From contig CACEAZ010000001.1 in assembly GCA_902557655.1 (NCBI GenBank), positions 7,699 to 71,698 of the forward strand: DNA of 64,000 nt, given 5' to 3'. The DNA comes from an uncultured Bacteroidota bacterium. GTDB taxonomy: Bacteria; Bacteroidota; Bacteroidia; Flavobacteriales; Flavobacteriaceae. The notes below the pieces were generated by a model. The model was not told the DNA's origin, did no database searches, and worked only from the letters and a program-made list of their open reading frames with translations. Shown in pieces: positions 1-10,215 of this stretch. Within the stretch, counting starts at the first letter, position 1, and every line of letters begins with the position of its first letter. The translations under genes were made by a program, and so were the position numbers.

Positions 1-853
1 CAAAAAAACCTTCAGAGGCATTATAAATTTCATAATAATGCATCGAATTATTATTTAAAATATTATTGTATTGATTTAGGTATGGTTTAAAACTTACACC
101 TCCGTGAAAATACACCTCTAAATTTGGCCATATTTCTGAAATATATTTTTTATCACTTCTTTCAATAATCTTATTTAGTAGTACCAGCATCCAAGATGGA
201 ACTCCAGCAAGACTGGTAACATTCTCATTGATTGTTTCATTTATAATGGCTTCAATTTTATAATTCCAATCATCCATTAATGATGTTTTATTACTGGGAG
301 TACTACTAAATTCAGCCCAAAAAGGCATATTATCAATTAGTATTGCTGAAAGATCACCATAAAAAGTTCCATTTTTTTCATAAGGGGTTTTGCTTCCTCC
401 AAGCCTTAAGCTTTTTCCTGTAAAAAGCTGAGAATCAGAATTATTATTTAAGTACATACAAAGTAAATCTTTCCCTGCCGCATAATGGCAATCCTCCAAG
501 GACTCATCACTAACTGGAATAAATTTGCTTTTTGAATTTGTTGTCCCACTTGATTTGGCAAACCATTTAATTTTAGTTGGCCAAAATATATTGTTCTCAC
601 CCTTTCTTGCTAATTCAATTTTATTTGAAAAGTTTTCATAGCTAAATACGGGAACTTTTTTTGAAAAGTCCTCATAACTTTTTATTGATGAGAATCCAAA
701 ATCTCTTCCAATAATTGTATTTTTTGCTTTGTCAACTAAATTTAATAAAACATCATTTTGAACCTCAGCTGGATATTTTTCAAATAATTCAATTTGATGC
801 ATTCTCTTTTTTAAGAACCAGGAAGCAATTGAATTTATTATGGGTATTGGCAC
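1..853 (-). CDS. GH3 (auxin-responsive promoter / JAR1-like) family adenylate-forming protein, N-terminal part only; the C-terminus lies left of the window
   Basis: Absent from the ORF track because it is open at the window edge. My manual minus-strand translation runs without a stop from 853 to 2: (V)PIPIINSIASWFLKKRMHQIELFEKYPAEVQ...FAKSSGTTNSKSKFIPVS...SLAGVPSW...FHGGVSF...YEIYNASEGFF. These are motifs I associate with bacteroidetal GH3-family proteins. GTG 853 is preferred over ATG 802 because SIASWFLKKR looks like part of the conserved N-terminus. Confidence 0.75.
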   Translation of the reverse strand, partial: MPIPIINSIASWFLKKRMHQIELFEKYPAEVQNDVLLNLVDKAKNTIIGRDFGFSSIKSYEDFSKKVPVFSYENFSNKIELARKGENNIFWPTKIKWFAKSSGTTNSKSKFIPVSDESLEDCHYAAGKDLLCMYLNNNSDSQLFTGKSLRLGGSKTPYEKNGTFYGDLSAILIDNMPFWAEFSSTPSNKTSLMDDWNYKIEAIINETINENVTSLAGVPSWMLVLLNKIIERSDKKYISEIWPNLEVYFHGGVSFKPYLNQYNNILNNNSMHYYEIYNASEGFF

Positions 854-921
854 GTTTTTTTTGTATTTTAAGACCCTTTAATTTAATAAATTTTATGCAT
901 TTTAAAGGCGTTGTAAAAAAA

Positions 922-1692
922 ATGACTACAGAATTTAATTCGACAATAAATTATTTTGTCGAATTTGAGAATAGCTATATTCATTTAAATCAATTTTTAG
1001 ATCATGAAATATCAATTAATTGTTTTGGATATAATTGCCTTTCCTGTTCCTCAGCTCAACCTATATTCAGACAAGGTTTTTGTAAAAGCTGTTTTTTTGA
1101 AAGCCCTCTTGCTGGAGAATGGATTATTAAACCAGAGTTAAGTAAAGCACATTTAAATATACCTGATAGAGATTTAGATTACGAAAAAAAAATTCAATTA
1201 CAACCTCACGTAGTTTATCTTTCAAACACCGGATCAGTTAAAGTTGGAATAACCAGAAAATCACAAGTGCCATATAGGTGGATTGATCAGGGAGCCCATG
1301 AGGCAATTGAAATTATTGAAACCCCAAATAGATTTTTAGCTGGTACAGCTGAGGTTGCTTTAAAGAAGTATATGAGTGATAAAACAAATTGGAGAAAAAT
1401 GCTAAAAAACGAAATTGATAATGTAAATCTTTTAAATTTTAAGGAACAGGCAAAAACATATATTCCGAGTAATCTTGAACATTATTTTAACGATAATAGT
1501 AAAGTTGTTAAAATTAATTTTCCCGTTTTAAAATACCCTGATAAACCCAAGTCGGTTAAAATAACCAAAGATGTTGAGTTTTCAGGAAGGTTAAAAGGAA
1601 TCAAAGGGCAATACCTAATTTTTGAAAATAACAATGTTTTAAATTTTAGAGCTCATGAAGGTCATTTATTTAATATTTCTATTAAATCTTAG
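922..1692 (+). CDS. DUF2797-like protein with a Cys-cluster (zinc-ribbon-like), function unknown
   Basis: ORF-track frame 715..1692 trimmed to ATG 922 (MTTEFNST...), because the upstream part overlaps the divergent GH3-family gene. It has a Cys cluster CFGYNCLSC...CKSCFFESP and a VKVGITRKSQVPYRWIDQGA motif, as I recall for DUF2797. Confidence 0.55.
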   Translation: MTTEFNSTINYFVEFENSYIHLNQFLDHEISINCFGYNCLSCSSAQPIFRQGFCKSCFFESPLAGEWIIKPELSKAHLNIPDRDLDYEKKIQLQPHVVYLSNTGSVKVGITRKSQVPYRWIDQGAHEAIEIIETPNRFLAGTAEVALKKYMSDKTNWRKMLKNEIDNVNLLNFKEQAKTYIPSNLEHYFNDNSKVVKINFPVLKYPDKPKSVKITKDVEFSGRLKGIKGQYLIFENNNVLNFRAHEGHLFNISIKS

Positions 1693-2411
1693 TCAATATC
1701 TAACTCTTCGTTAATTTTAAGATTAAATTTTTTCCTAAATATATATACACCTAAGTATAAAAATGGAGTATCTACAAGTGCTATAAATACTTTGAAAATA
1801 AAGCCAGAAATAAGTAATCCTAAAAACTGATCCCATTCTAAAATATCGGTTAAACAAAGAAGAAAGATAATTGTAAAAGTATCAACAAATTGAGAGAAAA
1901 AAGTGGAAAAATTATTTCTTAGCCATAACATTTTACCCTTCGTTAAATTTTTCCAAAAATGATAAATATGTATATCTATGTACTGTGCAAATAAGTAACT
2001 AAGCATACTTGAAAGTACCGCAATAATAGTACTTCCAAATACTTTTTTAAATAATATGTCATCCACTGGTGAATTATCCATAGCAGGAACTGCATCAGCA
2101 ACGTAAATAATTAAAGTTGAAAAAACCGCAGCAAATATTCCAACCGTTACAACCTGATTGGCTTTCTTTTTTCCGTAAATTTCACTAATTAAGTCAGTGA
2201 TTAAAAAGGTTATAGGGTAAGGCAAAATACCAACAGACAAGTAAAAAAGTTTCTCGCCGAATATTTCAAAATTTATTGGATGCCAGTAAAAAAATTTTTG
2301 AAATATTAAATTTGAAACAACTAAAGATGTGATAAATAGCGAAGCTAGGATCAGATAAAGTTTTTGGGCTAATAATTTTTTTTCTGAATTCACAATTTTG
2401 TCTTTAACCAA
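1689..2411 (-). CDS. yhhQ: Queuosine-precursor transporter (YhhQ / VUT family membrane protein)
   Basis: Multi-pass membrane protein with the characteristic GILPYPITFLITDLISEIYGKKKA motif. The only in-frame starts near the N-terminus are TTG 2411 or GTG six codons later. Its 3' end overlaps the convergent gene by 4 nt. Confidence 0.8.
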   Translation of the reverse strand: MVKDKIVNSEKKLLAQKLYLILASLFITSLVVSNLIFQKFFYWHPINFEIFGEKLFYLSVGILPYPITFLITDLISEIYGKKKANQVVTVGIFAAVFSTLIIYVADAVPAMDNSPVDDILFKKVFGSTIIAVLSSMLSYLFAQYIDIHIYHFWKNLTKGKMLWLRNNFSTFFSQFVDTFTIIFLLCLTDILEWDQFLGLLISGFIFKVFIALVDTPFLYLGVYIFRKKFNLKINEELDID

Positions 2412-2452
2412 ATATAGTAAATCAATTTCTTTTAACTAATTTGTTATTTCTT

Positions 2453-3577
2453 ATGGATTTGTATAAAAAATATCATGTTTCAATTGGCTCCAATATTGGA
2501 GATAGGCTTGAAAATATTCAATCATCATTGGATTTGATCCATTCTAGGATTGCTTCTTTAACAGAAATTTCATGCATATATGAGTCTGAGTCAATTGGAT
2601 TTGATGGAGATGATTTCTATAATATTTGTGCATCTTTTTTTTCTAATATAAGCCCACATTCAGTAATGCAGCAATTATTAGAAATTGAAAAAACATTAGG
2701 CCGTAATAGATCTGATGAAACTAAATATATTTCAAGAATCATTGATATAGACATTCTCTTAATTGAAGATTTAGTTATTGATTCTGAAGAATTAAAAGTA
2801 CCTCATCCAGAAATGTGTAATAGAAGATTTGTAATGGAACCTTTGATTGAGATTGATCCAAATTTGATTCATCCAGTTAGTAAGGTTTCGTTAAAGGAAA
2901 TTTATGAAGCATTTGATCAAAGTCAAAAGATTCAAAAAAAAGATTTGGTTTTAAATAATCCAGTAAATCTGCTGTCTATTAGAAATTACAATTACATTGC
3001 GATTGAGGGAAATATAGGCTCAGGAAAAACTAGTTTGTCCAAACAAATATCAGCTGACTTTAACACTAAGTTGATGTTAGAAAGATATATTGATAATCCT
3101 TTTTTAGCTAAATTTTATGAGAATCCTCTAGATTTTGCATTTAAATTGGAAATGTCGTTTTTAGCTGACAGGTATCAACAAACAAACGAAGATTTATCTC
3201 AATTAAATTTTTTTAATAAAAATATAATTAGTGATTATGACATTCATAAATCTTTAATTTTCTCTAAAATAAATCTAAATTTGGATGAGTTTAATTTATA
3301 CAGAAAACTATTCTATTCTCTATATAAAAGTATTGTAAAGCCTGATTTAATTATTTTTCTAAATCAAACTATAGAAAATTTAAAAGGTAATATTAAAAAA
3401 AGAGGAAGAGATTATGAATCATCTATTTCTGATGAATATTTAATAAGTATTAATAAAAGTTATTCAGAATTTTTCAAATCAAGACCTGATTTAAATGTTA
3501 AATTTATTGATGTTTCAGAGATAGATTTTGTAAAAAATAGATTAGATTATTTATCAATTATTAATCAAATTGACTAA
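2453..3577 (+). CDS. folK: Fusion protein: HPPK (2-amino-4-hydroxy-6-hydroxymethyldihydropteridine diphosphokinase, FolK) N-terminal domain plus deoxynucleoside kinase-like C-terminal domain
   Basis: One uninterrupted frame. The N-terminal half has HPPK motifs (VSIGSNIGDR, RIIDIDILL, VPHPEMCNRRFVMEPL). The C-terminal half has a dNK P-loop (IAIEGNIGSGKTS), LERYIDNPFLAKFY and a lid (KKRGRDYE). Start set at ATG 2453 rather than the track's TTG 2441. Confidence 0.8.
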   Translation: MDLYKKYHVSIGSNIGDRLENIQSSLDLIHSRIASLTEISCIYESESIGFDGDDFYNICASFFSNISPHSVMQQLLEIEKTLGRNRSDETKYISRIIDIDILLIEDLVIDSEELKVPHPEMCNRRFVMEPLIEIDPNLIHPVSKVSLKEIYEAFDQSQKIQKKDLVLNNPVNLLSIRNYNYIAIEGNIGSGKTSLSKQISADFNTKLMLERYIDNPFLAKFYENPLDFAFKLEMSFLADRYQQTNEDLSQLNFFNKNIISDYDIHKSLIFSKINLNLDEFNLYRKLFYSLYKSIVKPDLIIFLNQTIENLKGNIKKRGRDYESSISDEYLISINKSYSEFFKSRPDLNVKFIDVSEIDFVKNRLDYLSIINQID

Positions 3578-4103
3578 ATGATATTTTTGAAAAAACATCC
3601 CATATAACAATTCCAGCTGAAACGGAAACATTTAATGAATGCTTGGTTCCAAATTGAGGAATTTCAATGATATCATCACTAATATCGATTATCTTTTGAT
3701 CAATTCCCTTAATCTCATTTCCAAAAATGAAAGCATATTTTTCATTCTTTTTAGGACTAAATTTTTCTAGTTTTAACGACTTATCAGCCTGTTCAATAGA
3801 AATAATTTGAAAACCTTCTTTTTTCAAATTTAAAACCACCTCTTCAATATTATCAAAATATTTCCAATCTACAGATTCCGTGCTGCCTAATGCTGTTTTT
3901 CTGATTTCATTATTCGGTGGAGTGGCTGTTATTCCACATAATATAATCTCATTGATTAAAAATGCATCACATGTTCTAAATATACTACCAACATTATGTG
4001 CGCTTCTGATATTATCGAGTATGATTATAATCGGAGATTTTGATGCGTTTTTAAACTCACTTACAGATATTCTGTTTAGTTCACTATTTTTCAATTTTTT
4101 CAT
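3561..4103 (-). CDS. SpoU/TrmH-family RNA 2'-O-methyltransferase
   Basis: Motifs SAHNVGSIFRTCDAF, IFGNEIKGI and SLNVSVSAGIVIWD are typical of the SPOUT class. Its 3' end overlaps folK-dNK by 17 nt. Confidence 0.75.
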   Translation of the reverse strand: MKKLKNSELNRISVSEFKNASKSPIIIILDNIRSAHNVGSIFRTCDAFLINEIILCGITATPPNNEIRKTALGSTESVDWKYFDNIEEVVLNLKKEGFQIISIEQADKSLKLEKFSPKKNEKYAFIFGNEIKGIDQKIIDISDDIIEIPQFGTKHSLNVSVSAGIVIWDVFSKISFSQFD

Positions 4104-4194
4104 ATAATCAACTTAAACAATTGTTTTTTAAACAACTAAATAATAATTACTTTAGTAACGATGTAGTGGTAAAAATAGCATTTAACTTTTCGTT

Positions 4195-6780
4195 TTGAAA
4201 AAAGACACAAAAAAAATTACTCCTTTGATGCAGCAGTATAATGCAATAAAAGCAAAATACCCTGATGCTATGTTACTATTTAGAGTTGGAGACTTTTATG
4301 AAACTTTTGGAGAAGATGCAATTCAAGCTTCAAGAATATTAGATATTATTTTAACCAAAAGAGGCGCAGGAAGTCAAAGTGAAACAGAACTTGCTGGTTT
4401 CCCACATCACTCACTAAATTTATATCTTCCAAAGCTGGTGAAGGCAGGTCTTCGTGTTGCTATTTGTGATCAATTGGAAGATCCAAAAAAAACAAAAAAA
4501 ATTGTTAAGCGTGGAGTTACTGAGTTGATAACACCTGGTTTAGCCTCTGTCGATGGGGTATTGAATCCAAAATCAAATAATTTTTTAGCATCGGTTTTTA
4601 TTAGTAATAATATTGGTATTTCCCTTCTTGATATTTCAACAGGAGAATTTTTAATTTCTCAAGGAGATTCAGAATACATAGCAAAATTATTAGCTAATTT
4701 TAATCCCAGTGAAATTTTAATATCTAAGCAGCATAAGAAAAAATTTAAGGAAATTTTCGGAGAATTATATAATCTGTTTTTCTTAGAACAGTGGATATAC
4801 AATTCTGATTTCGCAAATGAATTAATTCTCAAACAATTTGAAACTAAATCCTTAAAAGGTTTTGGAATTGACGATTTAAATGATGGTATTATTTCAACGG
4901 CAGGAATTTTACATTATTTAAGTGAAACTCAACATCATAAATTAAATCACATTACGGGTATTAAAAGAATACCAAAAGAAGGTCATGTATGGCTAGACAG
5001 ATTTACAGTTAGAAATTTAGAAATTTTTTATCCCAATTCTATTGAAGGGAAATCACTTATCGATGTTATAGATAGAACCATTTCACCAATGGGAGGTAGA
5101 CTGTTAAAAAGATGGTTGGCATTACCATCAACAGAAAAAAAGTTGATTTTACAAAGACACAATATTGTTCAACATTTTATTGATAGTGATAAAGACAGAG
5201 AACTTTTAATTGAGGTTTTAAACTCCATAAGTGACCTCGAACGACTTGTTTCAAAAATATCAACAAAGAAGATAAGTCCTAGAGAACTATTTAATCTAAA
5301 CGAGTCACTAAAAACCATAAAACCAATAAGTAAAGAATTAATAAAAACAGATTGCTTAGAATTAAATGAGATTATAAAATCAATTCAAAATTGCGATAAA
5401 TTAATTAATGAAATAAGTAATACGCTTTCTGATTCACCTCCAGTTAATATTAATAAGGGCAATTCAATTTCATCAGAATTTTCAACGGAGTTAATGGAGT
5501 TAAGAAGCTTATCAAAAAATAACAAAGATTTTCTTGATCAAATGCTCAAAGAGCAATCTGAAGCAACTAATATTCCCTCTTTGAAAATTTCTTCAAATAA
5601 TGTATTTGGATACTATATTGAGGTTAGAAATACTCATAGAGAAAAAGTACCTGAAGATTGGATTAGAAAACAAACCTTGGTAAATGCTGAAAGATATATC
5701 ACCGAAGAATTAAAAGAATATGAGTCTAAAATATTAGGAGCTGAACAAAAAATAATGGAATTAGAATTGATGCTTTATGATCAGTTACTTGATTTTTGCC
5801 AATCATTTATTAGTGTTATACAGAACAACTCTAAATTAATAGCAGAATTAGATTGCTTATTGTCATTTTCTGTTCTTGCAATTTCAAAAAATTATGTAAA
5901 ACCAATAATTGACGATTCCTTAGATATTGAGATAATTAATGGAAAACACCCCGTCATTGAATCTCAATTACCAATTGACAAGCCTTTTATTCCTAATAGC
6001 ATTCATCTTAATTCAAAAAATCAACAAATTATTATGATCACTGGGCCGAACATGTCTGGTAAATCAGCTATTCTACGTCAAACAGCAATAATCTGTCTGC
6101 TTGCTCAAATCGGTTGTTTTGTGCCTGCTGAAAAATTAAGAATGGGAATTATTGATAAAATTTTTACTCGTGTTGGAGCTTCGGATAATATTAGCATGGG
6201 TGAGTCAACTTTTATGGTAGAAATGAATGAAACAGCTCTTATTCTAAATAACATCTCAGATCGCAGTTTAATTTTACTTGATGAAATTGGAAGAGGCACT
6301 AGTACTTACGACGGTATATCAATTGCATGGGCTATTACGGAATATTTACATGATCATAAATCAAAACCAAAAACCTTATTTGCTACTCACTATCATGAAT
6401 TGAATCAAATGGAAGAATCTTTTGATCGAATCAAAAATTTTAACGTTTCAATAAAAGAAGAAAATAATCAAATATTATTTTTACGAAATTTAGTTCCAGG
6501 AAGTAGTGAGCATAGTTTCGGAATTCATGTAGCAAAAATGGCAGGTATGCCAAAAAATGTTTTGGATAAAGCTAATGAAATGCTAAAGCAATTAGAGTTG
6601 TCTAGATCATCTAAAGAATTAGTGATTAATAAAATTTCCCCTCAATTAGATTTTTTTAATATTAGTGATCCTTTATTGGATGATTTAAAAAAAGAGATAG
6701 AGGAACTAAATTTAGATGAATTAACTCCCATTGAGGCCCTGCTTAAATTAAATGAACTTAAAAGAAAGATTAATAAATAA
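4195..6780 (+). CDS. mutS: DNA mismatch repair protein MutS
   Basis: 861 aa with TPLMQQYNAIKAKYPDAMLLFRVGDFYETFGEDA at the N-terminus, Walker A GPNMSGKS, and DEIGRGTSTYDGISIA. TTG start at 4195, because the conserved TPLMQQY lies upstream of the first ATG. Confidence 0.95.
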   Translation: MKKDTKKITPLMQQYNAIKAKYPDAMLLFRVGDFYETFGEDAIQASRILDIILTKRGAGSQSETELAGFPHHSLNLYLPKLVKAGLRVAICDQLEDPKKTKKIVKRGVTELITPGLASVDGVLNPKSNNFLASVFISNNIGISLLDISTGEFLISQGDSEYIAKLLANFNPSEILISKQHKKKFKEIFGELYNLFFLEQWIYNSDFANELILKQFETKSLKGFGIDDLNDGIISTAGILHYLSETQHHKLNHITGIKRIPKEGHVWLDRFTVRNLEIFYPNSIEGKSLIDVIDRTISPMGGRLLKRWLALPSTEKKLILQRHNIVQHFIDSDKDRELLIEVLNSISDLERLVSKISTKKISPRELFNLNESLKTIKPISKELIKTDCLELNEIIKSIQNCDKLINEISNTLSDSPPVNINKGNSISSEFSTELMELRSLSKNNKDFLDQMLKEQSEATNIPSLKISSNNVFGYYIEVRNTHREKVPEDWIRKQTLVNAERYITEELKEYESKILGAEQKIMELELMLYDQLLDFCQSFISVIQNNSKLIAELDCLLSFSVLAISKNYVKPIIDDSLDIEIINGKHPVIESQLPIDKPFIPNSIHLNSKNQQIIMITGPNMSGKSAILRQTAIICLLAQIGCFVPAEKLRMGIIDKIFTRVGASDNISMGESTFMVEMNETALILNNISDRSLILLDEIGRGTSTYDGISIAWAITEYLHDHKSKPKTLFATHYHELNQMEESFDRIKNFNVSIKEENNQILFLRNLVPGSSEHSFGIHVAKMAGMPKNVLDKANEMLKQLELSRSSKELVINKISPQLDFFNISDPLLDDLKKEIEELNLDELTPIEALLKLNELKRKINK

Positions 6781-6819
6781 CGTTTTTTACTTTTACTATA
6801 GATTTAAAAACAAGCCTAA

Positions 6820-8979
<2,160 letters not shown>

Positions 8980-9002
8980 GTTTCATATTTGAAAATTTAT
9001 CT

Positions 9003-9010
9003 TAAATTTG
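9003..9010 (+). promoter_or_regulatory. Candidate Bacteroidetes -7 box (TAAATTTG) for the tRNA pair
   Basis: Exact match to TAnnTTTG about 37 nt upstream of tRNA-Gly. A TTTG lies at 8988-8991, but the spacing looks short for a canonical -33 element. Confidence 0.35.
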
Positions 9011-9046
9011 CATCCGCACTTATGGTGCTAGGTTCTTTAAAATAAT

Positions 9047-9121
9047 GCGAAAGTAGCTCAGGGGTAGAGCATCACCTTGCCAAGGTGAGGGTCGCGGGTT
9101 CAAATCCCGTCTTTCGCTCCA
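9047..9121 (+). tRNA. tRNA-Gly (anticodon GCC), CCA encoded
   Basis: Hand-folded cloverleaf: acceptor GCGAAAG/CTTTCGC, D arm GCTC-AGGGGTA-GAGC, anticodon arm TCACC-TTGCCAA-GGTGA, T arm GCGGG-TTCAAAT-CCCGT, discriminator T, then CCA. Confidence 0.9.
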
Positions 9122-9136
9122 CAATATTAGTTTAAT

Positions 9137-9222
9137 GCTGAAGTGGTGGAATTGGTAGACACGTTGGACTTAAAATCCAATGGATAGTAATATCCGTGCG
9201 GGTTCAAGTCCCGCCTTCAGTA
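9137..9222 (+). tRNA. tRNA-Leu (anticodon TAA), long variable arm, no encoded CCA
   Basis: Acceptor GCTGAAG/CTTCAGT (G1-U72 wobble), anticodon arm TTGGA-CTTAAAA-TCCAA, long variable arm GGATA..TATCC, T arm GCGGG-TTCAAGT-CCCGC, discriminator A. Confidence 0.9.
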
Positions 9223-9247
9223 CATAATATCCTCAAGAATAATAATT

Positions 9248-9255
9248 TATTTTTG
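9248..9255 (+). promoter_or_regulatory. Candidate -7 box (TATTTTTG) in front of the FISUMP gene, possibly the promoter of the whole PUL
   Basis: Exact TAnnTTTG 28 nt upstream of ATG 9283. No comparable box exists in the 36-nt gap before SusC. Confidence 0.4.
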
Positions 9256-9282
9256 GGGATATTTTTTTTTATATTTAGTAAT

Positions 9283-10179
9283 ATGAAAAAAATTATTCTA
9301 TCATTCGTAATGATCCCTGCTTTGTGCTTTGCTCAAGGGGAAGATGCTGACATCCTATTAAATGGTACAGTAAGTGCTTTAAATAATCAAATCAAAGATG
9401 TTAACTATCCAACCGAAGCCCAAGATGCGGTAAACTTAGTTTTTTTGATGAATAAGTTATCTGACTTACAAGACCAGATTGATGTACTTATGTACTTATC
9501 TCTATCAGATGCTGGAACTGTTATGGATCAAGATGGTAATATTTATAGATATCTACTCTATGGAGATCAAATATGGACAGTGCAAAATGCAGCAGTAATC
9601 ACTTACCGAGATGGCACACCGATTCCTCAAGTAACTGATGATGCAGAGTGGGCTAATCTTGTGACCGGTGCATGGTGTTATTACAATAATGACCCTACAA
9701 AAGGAATTCTCTATAATTGGTATGCTGTAGCAGGAATACACGATACTGATCCAAATACTCCAAACAAAGAACTAGCTCCATTGGGATGGCATATTCCATC
9801 AGACCAAGAATGGTTAGAACTAGAATCATTTCTTATAACAAATGGATATAATTATGACGGTAGTAGTTCAGGAAACAACCTTCCCAAAGCTATAGCTTCA
9901 AAATATGGGTGGAATACCTCTGATACATTTGGCGTACCAGGGAATGATCAATATTTAAATAATTCAAGTGGTTTTAACGCCAAACCTACTGGGACAAGAT
10001 ATGGTTTTCAGTCAGGATCTTTTTCAGAGGCAGGTTCACTCGCAGTTTTCTGGACTAGCACCCCATCTTTTGATGATTATGCGTACTTTTATACACTTGG
10101 AAATGAAAGCGATAGCACACATCTCTATGGTGGTAATTTTATAAGCCAAGGTATGTCTGTTCGTTTTGTAAAGGATTAG
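9283..10179 (+). CDS. Secreted FISUMP-domain protein (Fibrobacter succinogenes major paralogous domain, TIGR02145-like)
   Basis: The track ORF starts at 9196 inside tRNA-Leu, so it is trimmed to ATG 9283 (MKKIILSFVMIPALCFAQ signal peptide). Domain hallmarks: DQDGNIYRYLLYGDQIWTVQN, GILYNWYAV, APLGWHIPSDQEWLELE, FNAKPTGTRY, FWTST, MSVRFVKD. Confidence 0.7.
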   Translation: MKKIILSFVMIPALCFAQGEDADILLNGTVSALNNQIKDVNYPTEAQDAVNLVFLMNKLSDLQDQIDVLMYLSLSDAGTVMDQDGNIYRYLLYGDQIWTVQNAAVITYRDGTPIPQVTDDAEWANLVTGAWCYYNNDPTKGILYNWYAVAGIHDTDPNTPNKELAPLGWHIPSDQEWLELESFLITNGYNYDGSSSGNNLPKAIASKYGWNTSDTFGVPGNDQYLNNSSGFNAKPTGTRYGFQSGSFSEAGSLAVFWTSTPSFDDYAYFYTLGNESDSTHLYGGNFISQGMSVRFVKD

Positions 10180-10215
10180 TCTTAAAACTAAATTTAATTA
10201 ACTAACTAACTAAAT

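Noticed and set aside
715-921. The 5' extension of the track ORF 715..1692 (MYFLLCQLNL...).
   Set aside because: It begins with TTG inside the divergent GH3-family gene (minus strand to 853). It has no protein-like features. The DUF2797-like sequence starts cleanly at ATG 922.
2412-2452. A possible preQ1 riboswitch upstream of the queuosine-precursor transporter yhhQ.
   Set aside because: The divergent spacer is only about 40 nt and purely A/T-rich (…AAGAAATTGATTTACTATATT). It has none of the C-rich/ACUA features of preQ1 aptamers.
3880-4107. A 75-aa plus-strand ORF antisense to the SpoU methyltransferase gene.
   Set aside because: It is entirely embedded antisense in a well-supported gene and has a hydrophobic low-complexity sequence. 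It is a typical shadow ORF.
4115-4126. The perfect 12-bp palindrome AAACAATTGTTT in the SpoU/mutS divergent spacer. Similar 7-bp inverted repeats occur at 875-908 (CCTTTAA/TTAAAGG) and 24433-24459 (TAACTAA/TTAGTTA).
   Set aside because: These are short A/T-rich palindromes in divergent promoter regions, plausible by chance at this base composition. There is no regulator gene nearby to assign them to, so they are noted only as possible operators.
9196-9282. The 5' extension of the track ORF 9196..10179 (MRVQVPPSVHNIL...).
   Set aside because: It starts inside tRNA-Leu (9137-9222). A normal signal peptide begins at ATG 9283, preceded by a consensus -7 box.
10194-10213. The TTAATTAACTAACTAACTAA motif ((TAAC)3, stops in all three frames) between the FISUMP gene and SusC.
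   Set aside because: It is too short to be a repeat element. It is most simply a stop-rich spacer. It is used only as supporting context for co-transcription.
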